Origin: an uncultured virus (IMG/VR IMGVR_UViG_3300030330_006853)
Taxonomy: Duplodnaviria > Heunggongvirae > Uroviricota > Caudoviricetes
IMG/VR virus record: IMGVR_UViG_3300030330_006853
Length of the DNA stretch: 64,000 nucleotides
Strand: one strand, 5' to 3'
Below are positions 1-9,359 of the stretch, in pieces. The notes below the pieces were generated by a model. It saw only the letters and a program-made list of their open reading frames with translations. It was not told where the DNA came from and made no database searches. A program made the position numbers and the translations under genes. Every line of letters starts with the position of its first letter. The stretch's first letter is position 1.

Positions 1-47
1 GAGAGCTGCGCAACCTTGCGACGAATCGCATCAAAATCAATAGCCAT
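1..47 (-). CDS. 5' end of a gene truncated by the window; probable single-stranded DNA-binding protein (gp32-like)
   Basis: ATG at 47 with SD AAGGAGA at 53-59; reads MAIDFDAIRRKVAQL. Resembles N-termini of SSBs of large myoviruses, but only 15 codons are visible. Confidence 0.45.
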   Translation of the reverse strand, partial: MAIDFDAIRRKVAQL

Positions 48-79
48 CTTTATCTCCTTGTAGCTTGATGGTCAGATGT

Positions 80-108
80 ATTCTAACCTAGCATACAAGG
101 ATGTTCAA
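80..108 (-). promoter_or_regulatory. sigma70-type promoter upstream of the putative SSB gene
   Basis: Minus strand TTGAAC (108-103), 17-nt spacer, TAGAAT (85-80). Confidence 0.65.
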
Positions 109-116
109 TGTAGAAT

Positions 117-785
117 CTAACTTTTACGTGATCTCTTACGAGGCTTTTTCATAGGCTTGACCTTAAGCGTGTCCTTGCCTACAACTTGCACTGGAGAGCC
201 GTTAATAGCGTGCATATAAGAAGCCCAAGAAGGCTCTTGATTTGGGCCTCGATTTGACATTCCGAGGGGAAGAGAGTATCCTGCTACTGCGGCAGCGCCG
301 GAGGCTTCGTCTACGTCTTCATCGTCGTCGTCGTCTTCTTCTTTCATAAGCTCATAAGTCAGAGCCTTGATCCCCTTCTTGTCGCCCTCAGAAATAATAG
401 CTCTGACAAGACTTCTCAGGAGGTTCTCGCTTACTCCTAAGCTTACTGCGCCCTGCATGGTCTTTCCTGGCCCTGAATCTCTATATGACCTAGTTGCGGA
501 CTTGTAATAGTTGCCAGCTTTTCCTACGGTTCCGTCTCTGTCTTTAAAATCTTCCATGTCTTCCTCAGTATAGCTGTTTTGCATCAAGCGACTTGCAGTA
601 ACCGAAGGTGCAGAACTTGGCTGACCTGTTTGGCCCACCATAAAAGGTTTTGGCGGATAACCCAGGATGTAGCGTGCGTTTCCTGGGCGTGCTGATAGTG
701 CACCCCCGCCCGTCTGTCCTATGCTAGAAGGCCTATCCATAGACCTCTTGACGTATTTGGGTTTCCACGGCTTGAGCTTTGACAT
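117..785 (-). CDS. Hypothetical low-complexity protein, possibly an internal head protein
   Basis: ORF 117..848, with likely start MSKLKPWKPK at 785 (avoids overlap with the HD gene; ATATTTA motif at 797-791). G/S/P-rich, with an acidic run, a basic tail and a VSENLLRSLVRAIISE segment. Confidence 0.6.
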   Translation of the reverse strand: MSKLKPWKPKYVKRSMDRPSSIGQTGGGALSARPGNARYILGYPPKPFMVGQTGQPSSAPSVTASRLMQNSYTEEDMEDFKDRDGTVGKAGNYYKSATRSYRDSGPGKTMQGAVSLGVSENLLRSLVRAIISEGDKKGIKALTYELMKEEDDDDDEDVDEASGAAAVAGYSLPLGMSNRGPNQEPSWASYMHAINGSPVQVVGKDTLKVKPMKKPRKRSRKS

Positions 786-801
786 GTAAATAAATATTGC
801 C

Positions 802-1404
802 TTAAAACGGAACTGGAATATTATCTTCTCGATATCGCGCCTGAACAAGCTTATTTGCTGACGATATCACAAGTGCAAGTGAGGGTTCGCGCATTGAGTA
901 AAGCCGCGTATCATCCGTCAAGCCGTCAGCAAGTAAAATCGCCATCCACTCGTCGTAGTTTACTTCTACTCCAAATTTCTGGAGCAAGTAGAGACTTCGG
1001 TGCGTGGTCCGCATGTGACGAAGCTTATCGTTAAACTTGTAGTTCTCGCCAAGGTTGTCTTTTCGCCACTTGTTGTCTTGCGGCAGATAAAGGTCTTGCT
1101 CGTCATCACCAACCTTCCCGATCAGGCAAAACAGAGCGCACAAGATGACAGACTCTTTGGGCACCTCAATATTGCAGCCCTTGGCAACTTTGTAGCTGGC
1201 TTCCAGGATCTTAAGTGCGTGATCAAGGAAGCCGCCGGCGAAAGAGTTGAAATACTCATTGCGTTCTGAAGAAGGTGCCATGACTAGGCGCTCTCCAAGC
1301 TTATCGATCAGTGCATTAAGCTGTTTAGCTCGCTTGCCTGTCTTTCCGGTGAGAGCCTTAAACTTCTCATAATCAGCTTGCATCTTCTCGATATCTAAAT
1401 CCAT
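802..1404 (-). CDS. HD-domain-like protein with degenerate metal ligands
   Basis: GGFLDHAL...ALFCLIGKVG...RSLYLLQ...EWMAILLADG follows the phage HD-hydrolase pattern, but CL stands where HD is expected. Confidence 0.65.
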   Translation of the reverse strand: MDLDIEKMQADYEKFKALTGKTGKRAKQLNALIDKLGERLVMAPSSERNEYFNSFAGGFLDHALKILEASYKVAKGCNIEVPKESVILCALFCLIGKVGDDEQDLYLPQDNKWRKDNLGENYKFNDKLRHMRTTHRSLYLLQKFGVEVNYDEWMAILLADGLTDDTRLYSMREPSLALVISSANKLVQARYREDNIPVPF

Positions 1405-2603
1405 TATAACTCCTCAATGTCTAGATAAAATTTACTTTCAAATCCTGTGATAGTTTCTAGGGGCTCACACAGCTTTTTAACTTCTTCTTTTTCCTCTGGG
1501 TTGACGTCTATAAGAAGTGCATCATGAAGGACAAAAATTGGGACGCTCTTCATATTGGCGCTCTTCATCCTCTCAATAATCCGCCTAAACCCTTCTAGTG
1601 CCACGTCAACTGCAGTGCTTTGAATGAAGTTGTTATAAAGAACATGACTAGGAGCATCGCTCTTTACGTAAATTGGTCGCCCGTAGTAATTGGTTATGTT
1701 TCCAGTATCTTCGAGCTGTTGGCTTAGCTTTTCACTAACTATAGAAGCACCAAAGTATTGATCCAGCTGCCTGACGATGTTGTCAAGCTCATATCCTTTT
1801 CGATTAGTTATCTCTTTCATTCTGCTTTTTCCGCCCCCGTAAAGCAGACAGATTGTTGCAAGCTTTGCAGTCTGCCTAGAGACAGACGATGAAAAAATCT
1901 CTTTATTGACAAGGCTGTAAATGTCTTGAGGTGGGTTTTTTCCTATTAAAGAGAGTGCAATCCTGGGTTCAAGACTAGTAAAATCTATCTGCTTTAAAAA
2001 ACCCCCTTTAAATCTAGAGGTAAGCATGGATCGCAAATCTTTTTTTATCGTGAGGATCTGGGGGCCTGATTTCACGGTTAAGCGGCCTGTCTTTGTTCCT
2101 GTCAAAGAATAATTGACTTTTTTACACTCACCAGACCTGTTTGGGTGAAAAGTCTGCAAGACTGATCTGTTGGAAACTGTTCCGCTTACAGCAGATAGAA
2201 ATTTAGCTGGGCACACGTGCGCATTTGACAAGTTATCCAAGAGGCTTCTATTGGGATTAAAGTGATCACTTAAGTATTCCATAAAATCTGAAGTTAAAAT
2301 TACTTGGAGATCATCCAGGACATTCTGGAGATGCTTTACAAAGGCCTTTTTAGGCATAACAAGAGACCAGGGTATATGCTTACTCTCTTTTGACACCATC
2401 TTCATGGCTTTTTGATATTTCTCTTCGGGAGAAAAGTTTATCTTTTTCGGGAAAATTGAGTGAGCATGCATCAAGTCGCCCGGGAGGTCAAACCCAAGAG
2501 TAAATACTTTCTCAGGCGGGGTAGGCACCCATGAAATTTCTCCGTCTTGAAAAAGTAAATTTTCCGGGGTTCCAAAAACTGTTTTATGAATGCAGACTTT
2601 CAT
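1404..2603 (-). CDS. Minimal family-A DNA polymerase-like protein (polymerase domain only)
   Basis: TKTGRLT, motif A DFTSLEPR, motif B RQTAKLATICLLYG, NNFIQSTAVD, motif C VLHDALL. 399 aa with no recognisable exonuclease domain. Confidence 0.8.
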   Translation of the reverse strand: MKVCIHKTVFGTPENLLFQDGEISWVPTPPEKVFTLGFDLPGDLMHAHSIFPKKINFSPEEKYQKAMKMVSKESKHIPWSLVMPKKAFVKHLQNVLDDLQVILTSDFMEYLSDHFNPNRSLLDNLSNAHVCPAKFLSAVSGTVSNRSVLQTFHPNRSGECKKVNYSLTGTKTGRLTVKSGPQILTIKKDLRSMLTSRFKGGFLKQIDFTSLEPRIALSLIGKNPPQDIYSLVNKEIFSSSVSRQTAKLATICLLYGGGKSRMKEITNRKGYELDNIVRQLDQYFGASIVSEKLSQQLEDTGNITNYYGRPIYVKSDAPSHVLYNNFIQSTAVDVALEGFRRIIERMKSANMKSVPIFVLHDALLIDVNPEEKEEVKKLCEPLETITGFESKFYLDIEEL

Positions 2604-2608
2604 GAGTA

Positions 2609-2637
2609 AGTTTATTACTCAGAGTCTGTTTGTTCAA
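2609..2637 (-). promoter_or_regulatory. sigma70-type promoter, probably giving a leaderless or near-leaderless Pol A mRNA
   Basis: TTGAAC (2637-2632), 17 nt, TAAACT (2614-2609), then 5 nt to the ATG at 2603. No SD. Confidence 0.55.
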
Positions 2638-5600
2638 TTTTCTGTGCCTTCTTCTTCGGCGTTTTCCAGCTTTTTCTGAGCTGTTTCGATTACTTGTATC
2701 AGGCCTTGGAATCGACCGTATGCTTGACGAGGCACAAAGCTTAGTGTAGACTCAAACTTGCCGGGCTGGATTCTGTGCGTAAGCTTTGTTATTGAGTAGA
2801 CATCATCAGCGGTTGTAGCAGTTTGAAAATCCACAAAAAAGGACTGGCCAAATTGCAGGATTGGACACCCGATGGTGGTCATAGAAAGTGAGGTCGGCTG
2901 GACTCTTAACGGCAAACCACCCGGGTCCTGTCCGGCCACAGTTCGGTTCGGAGATCGACCAGCTCTTCTCATATGAACAGTATTCAATTTAGAATCATTC
3001 ATAGAAGAAAATTGAGCATTTTTAATACCCGTAGTGGAAGATCCGTAGATTAGAGAAGAAAAGTTTTCAATTATAAACTTTCTTAATCCCTGGTATCCGC
3101 CCACAACCTCAAACTCATCTCGAGTTCCTTCTAAATTTTTAACTTTTTTAAGTTGGACTCCGTATTTCTTTTTAGCGTCTTCTGCTGTGAGCTTTGCTAT
3201 TTGTGCATTAAAGCTTTCTTCTCCCTTAATAGATTTAGGAGAGTCTGAAATTTGGCGCTGGACATTGACAAGACTCTGGTCTTGAGAAGAATCTAAAAGC
3301 TGTTCTATGACTTCTTTTTTTCCTGCCATTTCATCGAAAAAGTGAACTTTAAGAAGAGTCCCTTGTTCTGTGTCTGCAGGCGTCTGACCTTTTTCAGTGG
3401 GCGCAATTGGCATACACTCAAACATAATTCTCACACGAGGCTTGACAAATTCATTCAGCTTTTCAAGCTTTTTATCTGCTGCAGACAAAACTTTTCCTAT
3501 GGCGCGCTTTCTATTGTGCTTTCGGCGTGATTTTGCCTGGGGTTTGGTTTCGTTTGGTTTCGGATTTCTATATTTTCGCTTTCCATCAGAAGCAGATGCA
3601 CCCTTGGGAGGATTTCTTAAAAGTGCTGCCTCCACATTTGTAAGCCCAATGCCGTAAGGCTCTGATCCCACAAACTCAATGTGCTCTGAGATGATTTGCT
3701 GCATGAAATTGTTCAGGCTTATCGATGCTGTTCTTTCAGACTTTATCATCCTGAACAGCTCGTCTCTTATTAGGTCTTTTCGAATGTAGAACTCTGCTAT
3801 TGTCATGGGCCTGACAACTTCAGCTTTTTTACCTTTAGTGATATTGCACCTTGACCTTGAATTAAAAGGATAGAAAATAAGTTGAACTTCACTAAAGTTC
3901 TTAAGCAAGGGCCTACCGACCATCACTGACATGAGTTTTCCAAAAGAAACGTACGGGTTGTTCTTGTCTTTTAGAAGCTTCTTCTTGTCAGCTGGGCGGA
4001 TGCCTGCGCCGCCTCTGCCCTTTCTCTTAACTGAGCTCAAAAGTATCTGCTTTTCTGTCTGAGGGTCGAAGGGGTCAGCGTCATCAAACTTTCCCTTTTC
4101 AGGCTGTGTTGCTTCTAGCAAGTTAAGCTTTGCTTCTAGAACTCTATTTGCTGCAGTGTTGTAGTCATTTGCCAAGTCAGCCAGCTTTGATAGTTTTTCT
4201 TGCAGCTTCTTAGCATCTTTTTTATTTGCAGTTACTTTTCTAGCATCTCTTGTCTTAACTTTTTTAACATTTTTCAAGCTCTTGGCACCTAGAAAAATTA
4301 AATTATTAAAATTAAGCGCTCCGTCTATAACTCTTGAAGGCTTGACTTCTTTTCTTCCGCTTTTTTTATTTGAAAGAATTTTGTTTTTCTTATCAATTAG
4401 CTCAGAAACTTCACTAATTACCTGTTCAATTACTTTCGCTGTTGACCTTACGCTTCCGTGCTCACTGACATCTGTGTCTATGCATTCCTGCGGGCCTTTA
4501 AGAAAAAGACGAAGAGAAATATTAACAGATCCGTTTTGATTAAATGTAAAAGAAGAGTTCATAACACCAAACTTCTCTTTTACTCTCATTGCGTTAATAA
4601 TGTCGGCAAAAGCGTTTTCTCCTGTGGAGTTGGGGTGCGTCCAGCCGTATTCTATCATAATTTCAGTGGTGCCGTAGTTATCAGGCCTTACAAGCTCAGA
4701 TACTTCGTGCAACCTAGATCTGTCGTGCAAAGTCAATTCAAGTGTGGCGTCCTTAAAGGAAAGTGGACCTTTCTGGGGCACAACGTTCACGTCAAAGCTT
4801 CTGATTGACAACAAGGGCCTAAACTTGTCCAGCACAGCAGTAGGCCGAAGCAGATTATCACCTGTGCCTGTGCCTGTGTTTGTAGGTATTAGCGTTTGGG
4901 GCGAAGTAAAAATTTCCATCCCAGAACGGGTTACTTGAACTTGTTTTTTGCCGTCTCTATCTTGAACTCCCCTTGTTTGGCTGTCTCCTGTGATCATCTG
5001 CTCTGTCGCAGATCCTTCAGCAACTGTGTCTGCACCCAGTATAAATCTCGGCAGAGTCAGACCGAAAAGCCTGTTTTGGTCATCTAAAGCTTGAGCTCCA
5101 ATTAAAAGCTGGACATCTAAGAAGGGGACACATTGCATTAGCTCGTGAGTAGGCATCGAGTTTAAGAAGAGATCTACTGCGCCCGTATTTCTATCTGAAG
5201 GGCATAGCGTTGGATCTTTAACGTTAACAATTGTAAGCTTGGGCGGGTTTTCCTCATCGTCTGACTGCTTCTCTGGAGGCTGGTCGTCGTTTTGCTTTCC
5301 TAGATCCATCTCGTGCTTGGCGATCTTGGCAGCGTCATAAGATCCAAAATCTGAGGTTCTTCCGTCAACATAGATATCAACAGCTTCTTGAACTTTAGCT
5401 TTGAGGTCTTTTGCTAACTGCTTATCTTCGCTCGAAGAAAAAAACGTATCTAGCTTCTTGACTATCTGGTCTCCCGGAATCCCCTCCATAAGCAAGTCCA
5501 TAACGAGGGCAGCAAGCGCATCCACGGGAGCAGTGCTGCCCTCAGCACCAGTTTGCGGGTCGAAAAGAGCGCGTGCTTGATCCTCGGCCGACTTTACGCC

Positions 5601-5681
5601 AAAATACTTCTGTAGATTAGAGACAGCATCTCTGATTCTCTTAGACGCATAATAACTTTTAGGATCGTTTGCACTGGGCAT
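2634..5681 (-). CDS. Putative baseplate hub protein (gp27/Mu gp44-like), 1015 aa
   Basis: C-terminal LSMTTIGCPILQFGQ...YSITKLTHRIQPGKFESTL resembles hub proteins. Lies directly downstream of the LysM-like baseplate gene. Confidence 0.55.
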   Translation of the reverse strand: MPSANDPKSYYASKRIRDAVSNLQKYFGVKSAEDQARALFDPQTGAEGSTAPVDALAALVMDLLMEGIPGDQIVKKLDTFFSSSEDKQLAKDLKAKVQEAVDIYVDGRTSDFGSYDAAKIAKHEMDLGKQNDDQPPEKQSDDEENPPKLTIVNVKDPTLCPSDRNTGAVDLFLNSMPTHELMQCVPFLDVQLLIGAQALDDQNRLFGLTLPRFILGADTVAEGSATEQMITGDSQTRGVQDRDGKKQVQVTRSGMEIFTSPQTLIPTNTGTGTGDNLLRPTAVLDKFRPLLSIRSFDVNVVPQKGPLSFKDATLELTLHDRSRLHEVSELVRPDNYGTTEIMIEYGWTHPNSTGENAFADIINAMRVKEKFGVMNSSFTFNQNGSVNISLRLFLKGPQECIDTDVSEHGSVRSTAKVIEQVISEVSELIDKKNKILSNKKSGRKEVKPSRVIDGALNFNNLIFLGAKSLKNVKKVKTRDARKVTANKKDAKKLQEKLSKLADLANDYNTAANRVLEAKLNLLEATQPEKGKFDDADPFDPQTEKQILLSSVKRKGRGGAGIRPADKKKLLKDKNNPYVSFGKLMSVMVGRPLLKNFSEVQLIFYPFNSRSRCNITKGKKAEVVRPMTIAEFYIRKDLIRDELFRMIKSERTASISLNNFMQQIISEHIEFVGSEPYGIGLTNVEAALLRNPPKGASASDGKRKYRNPKPNETKPQAKSRRKHNRKRAIGKVLSAADKKLEKLNEFVKPRVRIMFECMPIAPTEKGQTPADTEQGTLLKVHFFDEMAGKKEVIEQLLDSSQDQSLVNVQRQISDSPKSIKGEESFNAQIAKLTAEDAKKKYGVQLKKVKNLEGTRDEFEVVGGYQGLRKFIIENFSSLIYGSSTTGIKNAQFSSMNDSKLNTVHMRRAGRSPNRTVAGQDPGGLPLRVQPTSLSMTTIGCPILQFGQSFFVDFQTATTADDVYSITKLTHRIQPGKFESTLSFVPRQAYGRFQGLIQVIETAQKKLENAEEEGTEN

Positions 5682-5977
5682 TAACCTACTATTTCCTTCA
5701 CGCTATCGATGCTTATCGGTATTCTCAGAACAGTTCCGGGTGGCACCTGCAGGCCCCAGCCGATCTCGCTGGCCGCGGCGATGATCCACCATAAAGTTCC
5801 ATCGTTGTAAATTTGTCCTGCTATGGTATCGAGTCTTTCGGCTTCTTCAATAAGGCGAGTCTCCACCTCAAGTGTGCCATCGTTGACAGCATCCTTAATA
5901 GCTTCTGCACCTGTTGCAGTTCCAAAAGAAGTGCCTGCTTTTATGATATCATCTCTTGTGTATCTTGAAAATGCCAT
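5681..5977 (-). CDS. LysM-like baseplate wedge protein (gp53/gpX-like)
   Basis: ERLDTIAGQIYNDGTLWWIIAAAS...VPPGTVLRIP; 98 aa. Confidence 0.8.
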   Translation of the reverse strand: MAFSRYTRDDIIKAGTSFGTATGAEAIKDAVNDGTLEVETRLIEEAERLDTIAGQIYNDGTLWWIIAAASEIGWGLQVPPGTVLRIPISIDSVKEIVG

Positions 5978-8900
5978 TAGCTTCCTCCGCCAGTCAGGGC
6001 ATCTGCAACTGATGATACTGCAGCATCTATGGCGCCGTCAGATCCGGCCCCGAGAAGATCACGTTGCTTCTTGTAATTTGCTCTAGCATTTTCATTTTCT
6101 GCGTCTTTTTGAGCCATGCGGTTCACAGAGTCACCGACTTGATATACTGGTGCTCTATTGATACCAGTGTGATCGATTCCTGGAGCAATATCGTGAACTG
6201 GTTCAAATGATATCTGTATCTGGCAAATTTTCGGAGCTCTTTTAAACAGATCAGTTTCCCATGTGATCTGAGCGTTATCTATCCAGGTAAAGTTCATAGA
6301 CTTGATTACGCCTGCTAGGCCGCGGCCGGAAGATTCTTTAAAAGATTTTACTACAACATTTGAGTCTTCATTGAAGAAGTCGGAAATAGTTTTTGCATAA
6401 GCTTCTTTTTTAACTCCGTCAGCAACAACACTGGCAAGGCTTGCAAGAGCTGCAGCTTCTGCAGCTTTTATATCTTTGCTTTCCAAGATGGGCGCAAGAG
6501 CATTTCTGCCGATTGTGTATAAAGAGCCGTCGCCGAAGTCCTTGATAGGCTTGCTGTTTTTTGCATCCTCAAGAGATGCACAGAGAGTAAATACTACGGG
6601 AGTATTTATAGGGGTTATTCCTGGTGTTGGCCCGATAATTGCAAAGACCTCTGTAGTTCCTTTAATTGCATTTAAATCATGCTCCGTTCCCTTTGGAACT
6701 GACTTTACTTTGCCTGCTGAGGTGCTTAGCCTCCAGATCTGGCCCGGCTGTGGGCCTGCTTTTTTCTTTGCTTTTTCAATAATCTCTATCTGCTTTGTTC
6801 TTTCTGCTGCGCCTTGAGGAGTAGAAAGTGGCTCATCTGTCACCTCGCCGCCCTTGGGGTCAAACTGACTTGTCCCGAGCCCGAAAAGCCGCTGGAGATT
6901 AAACTTAGAAAAATTTGACTTAACAACATCGCCAATTCTAAGCCTGATCATAGGTGACGCTGTATAAACTTGAGAAAATGGCACAATAATTTTTCCGCCA
7001 TTTGAGTTTACTAGCTCTCTTCCCTGTGAATACTGCGGATAGAGAAGCGTAATCAGCTTATTAATCTTAAACCACATCGAGTCAAAGTCTTCAGGATTTG
7101 TAGCAGCGACGTAAAAAGAAAATTGCAGATTTCTTCGAGTGCTTGAATAAGTCTGGACTGGATCAGCTCTTCCATAGAAGTCAGCTGAGTCGTAGGTCAC
7201 CGTAAAGTTATCGTTTAGATTTGTCAAGAAAGCATGAAACGCGGCGATCTCATTTGTTCTTAAGTCATGAAAGTAAAAAGGAACATATTCTGCTTCTAAG
7301 CTATCCTCAATTTTTTCCACGTCTTCGGGTGCCATCCTGTTGTTTGCAGGAGACTTAAAGTCTATTCCATCTGGAGCTTTTAGTAAGTTTGACTTTGATG
7401 AAGCATTTATAGCACTGTTTACTATAACTGGGTTTAAAAGAGTGGATTTTACTGAGCTGTTTCTCCAAGCTAGTTTTAATTTTCCTGGCTGAGACGTTGC
7501 GGTGACATCTTGGCGACTTTTAGTAGCATGAGAAAGAACAGATTCACCGTTAAGCTTATCAATATCAAATGCTTTTTTCTCTGCCTCTAAATTTGCATCT
7601 CCAATAGCGGCAAACATATTGATTGCTGCTACAAGCTTAGATGTCTTAAAATCTTCTAAGATAGCAGAAGCTGCTGCGGCTCCGAAGCCTCCTATCCCCG
7701 GTCCGGCATTTTCAAACTTTTCCTGTATCTCTATTGCATCTCGAAGAACAGCTCTTCCGATATTAACATAAAATCCGGGTGTTCTCACTAGCGCGCCGAG
7801 AAATGATAGATCACCTGTGTCTCCGCCGGCGGGAATACCTAGAAAGACTTTCATGCCTCTTTGGGCTGCTGTGCCAATGTTATTCTTAGTTGAAATTAAA
7901 CCAAAGTCAGACAGGGAAACGAAATTAGAGAGTGCATTCCCGAAAGCGCTCGATTTCTTAGAAGATCCAGGCGCATAGGGTGCTGTCTGGTCGGCGGATG
8001 CACCAACAAGAGCTGCACCTCCCTGGATCACGAAGCTCGTTACGAAAACGGCTGCAATTGTTGCGGCGATTGTGGCCACAGCAATAAGAACCATTGTAGC
8101 AGGGAAAAACCTGTCAAACATCTGATCTGGTGTGTTATTAACACCATAAGATTTTCTTGCATCAGACTCAGCAAGATAGGCGTCGTTACTTACTTTTTCT
8201 TGATAGAGATCGGGAAGGGCGTTCTTTGGTCGAAGATTTGTCACGTCAATCTTTTTAGCCCCTGTTCTAAGAAGAACATCACCCATCCCCCCGGGTTCAC
8301 CACCACCTACAGCTTCTTGAACTAGGGTCAAAGCTATTCTTTGCATCTCGTCAAGCGTTATGTTTTTGCCTGTTCCTTCGTCAACAACTGGTGTGTATGC
8401 ACCCATCTTTTTTTGCAATGTTGTGAAAAAAGTAGATGCGTCAAACCTATCGGTAGAGACATCGCCTGGAGCATATACTCCTGCCTGAGCTTCTTCAGAC
8501 ACTCCGTCTTTGTTTGTTACAGGCGCGAATCTATTGTTAAGAAGAACATCAGAAACTACAGTTTGCTCCGGTTGAGGTAGTGCACCCGGGTCGCCTCCGT
8601 ATGGACTTTCGGGAGCCTGACTTGTTGTATCGAGAGCAGTGCCGTAGTCTCGCCTATTACTAAGATCTCCCAGAGTCAAATCCCGGGATGTTAAGCCCTG
8701 GCCCGGAGAGACTGCCTGTCGGCGCCCAGGCATGTATTTTCTTCCAAGATCTGCTAGAGTTCTCCCGGCGGGGTTTCTAGAAGTAGATGTGGAGCTTTGC
8801 CTTATATTAGTAGGATCAACAAAGGGGCCGATTCTAGTGTTTTCTCCCGAGCCTGCAGTTTGAGTCTTGTTCTTGAGATTAGAAAGGAAATCTCGCATCT

Positions 8901-9150
8901 TTTTGCGCGAGGCTGGAACTGTTTGGCCAAACATTGGAGTTGGCCCATCAACCGGAATATCATCCGGGCCACCCGGTGTGTCTTCGCCAGGAATCTGAGT
9001 ATAGTCGGTGGTAGCAGGAGGAAATTGATCAGGGTTCAGGATTCCGTCCCCGTTTAAATCTTCGGGTATAAGAACATACTTTCCTGAATTTGTCGCAGGG
9101 GGTGGTGCACCTCCTGGGGAATCTCCTGGATTGTTGGGATCTTCAGCCAC
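5977..9150 (-). CDS. Large tail/baseplate protein with a tube-initiator-like C-terminal domain
   Basis: GTG start. Pro-rich N-terminus and a hydrophobic segment, then FHAFLTNLNDNFTVTYDSADFYGRADPVQTYSSTRRNLQFSF...LYPQY...PMIRLRIGD. Located between the tape measure and LysM genes. Confidence 0.55.
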   Translation of the reverse strand: MAEDPNNPGDSPGGAPPPATNSGKYVLIPEDLNGDGILNPDQFPPATTDYTQIPGEDTPGGPDDIPVDGPTPMFGQTVPASRKKMRDFLSNLKNKTQTAGSGENTRIGPFVDPTNIRQSSTSTSRNPAGRTLADLGRKYMPGRRQAVSPGQGLTSRDLTLGDLSNRRDYGTALDTTSQAPESPYGGDPGALPQPEQTVVSDVLLNNRFAPVTNKDGVSEEAQAGVYAPGDVSTDRFDASTFFTTLQKKMGAYTPVVDEGTGKNITLDEMQRIALTLVQEAVGGGEPGGMGDVLLRTGAKKIDVTNLRPKNALPDLYQEKVSNDAYLAESDARKSYGVNNTPDQMFDRFFPATMVLIAVATIAATIAAVFVTSFVIQGGAALVGASADQTAPYAPGSSKKSSAFGNALSNFVSLSDFGLISTKNNIGTAAQRGMKVFLGIPAGGDTGDLSFLGALVRTPGFYVNIGRAVLRDAIEIQEKFENAGPGIGGFGAAAASAILEDFKTSKLVAAINMFAAIGDANLEAEKKAFDIDKLNGESVLSHATKSRQDVTATSQPGKLKLAWRNSSVKSTLLNPVIVNSAINASSKSNLLKAPDGIDFKSPANNRMAPEDVEKIEDSLEAEYVPFYFHDLRTNEIAAFHAFLTNLNDNFTVTYDSADFYGRADPVQTYSSTRRNLQFSFYVAATNPEDFDSMWFKINKLITLLYPQYSQGRELVNSNGGKIIVPFSQVYTASPMIRLRIGDVVKSNFSKFNLQRLFGLGTSQFDPKGGEVTDEPLSTPQGAAERTKQIEIIEKAKKKAGPQPGQIWRLSTSAGKVKSVPKGTEHDLNAIKGTTEVFAIIGPTPGITPINTPVVFTLCASLEDAKNSKPIKDFGDGSLYTIGRNALAPILESKDIKAAEAAALASLASVVADGVKKEAYAKTISDFFNEDSNVVVKSFKESSGRGLAGVIKSMNFTWIDNAQITWETDLFKRAPKICQIQISFEPVHDIAPGIDHTGINRAPVYQVGDSVNRMAQKDAENENARANYKKQRDLLGAGSDGAIDAAVSSVADALTGGGS

Positions 9151-9162
9151 CGTCTAACTCCA

Positions 9163-9357
9163 TTATTTTTTGTTTTTACTAGCTGCCATTGAAGCAAGGA
9201 GGCCGTTCGCCAAAGGAAGAACAGTCTGCTTTACAGCTTTTTCAACCTCTTCCCTTTTATCAGCGGGAATAGCCTCAATGATCTGTCTGTAAATATCTTG
9301 ATTTTTTATTCTCTGCCACATTTCATCTTGTGCAGGTTTCTTAGGTATAAACGTCAT
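9163..9357 (-). CDS. Hypothetical protein, 64 aa
   Basis: Fills the gap between the tape measure gene and the next gene in the operon. Confidence 0.6.
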   Translation of the reverse strand: MTFIPKKPAQDEMWQRIKNQDIYRQIIEAIPADKREEVEKAVKQTVLPLANGLLASMAASKNKK

Positions 9358-9359
9358 TA

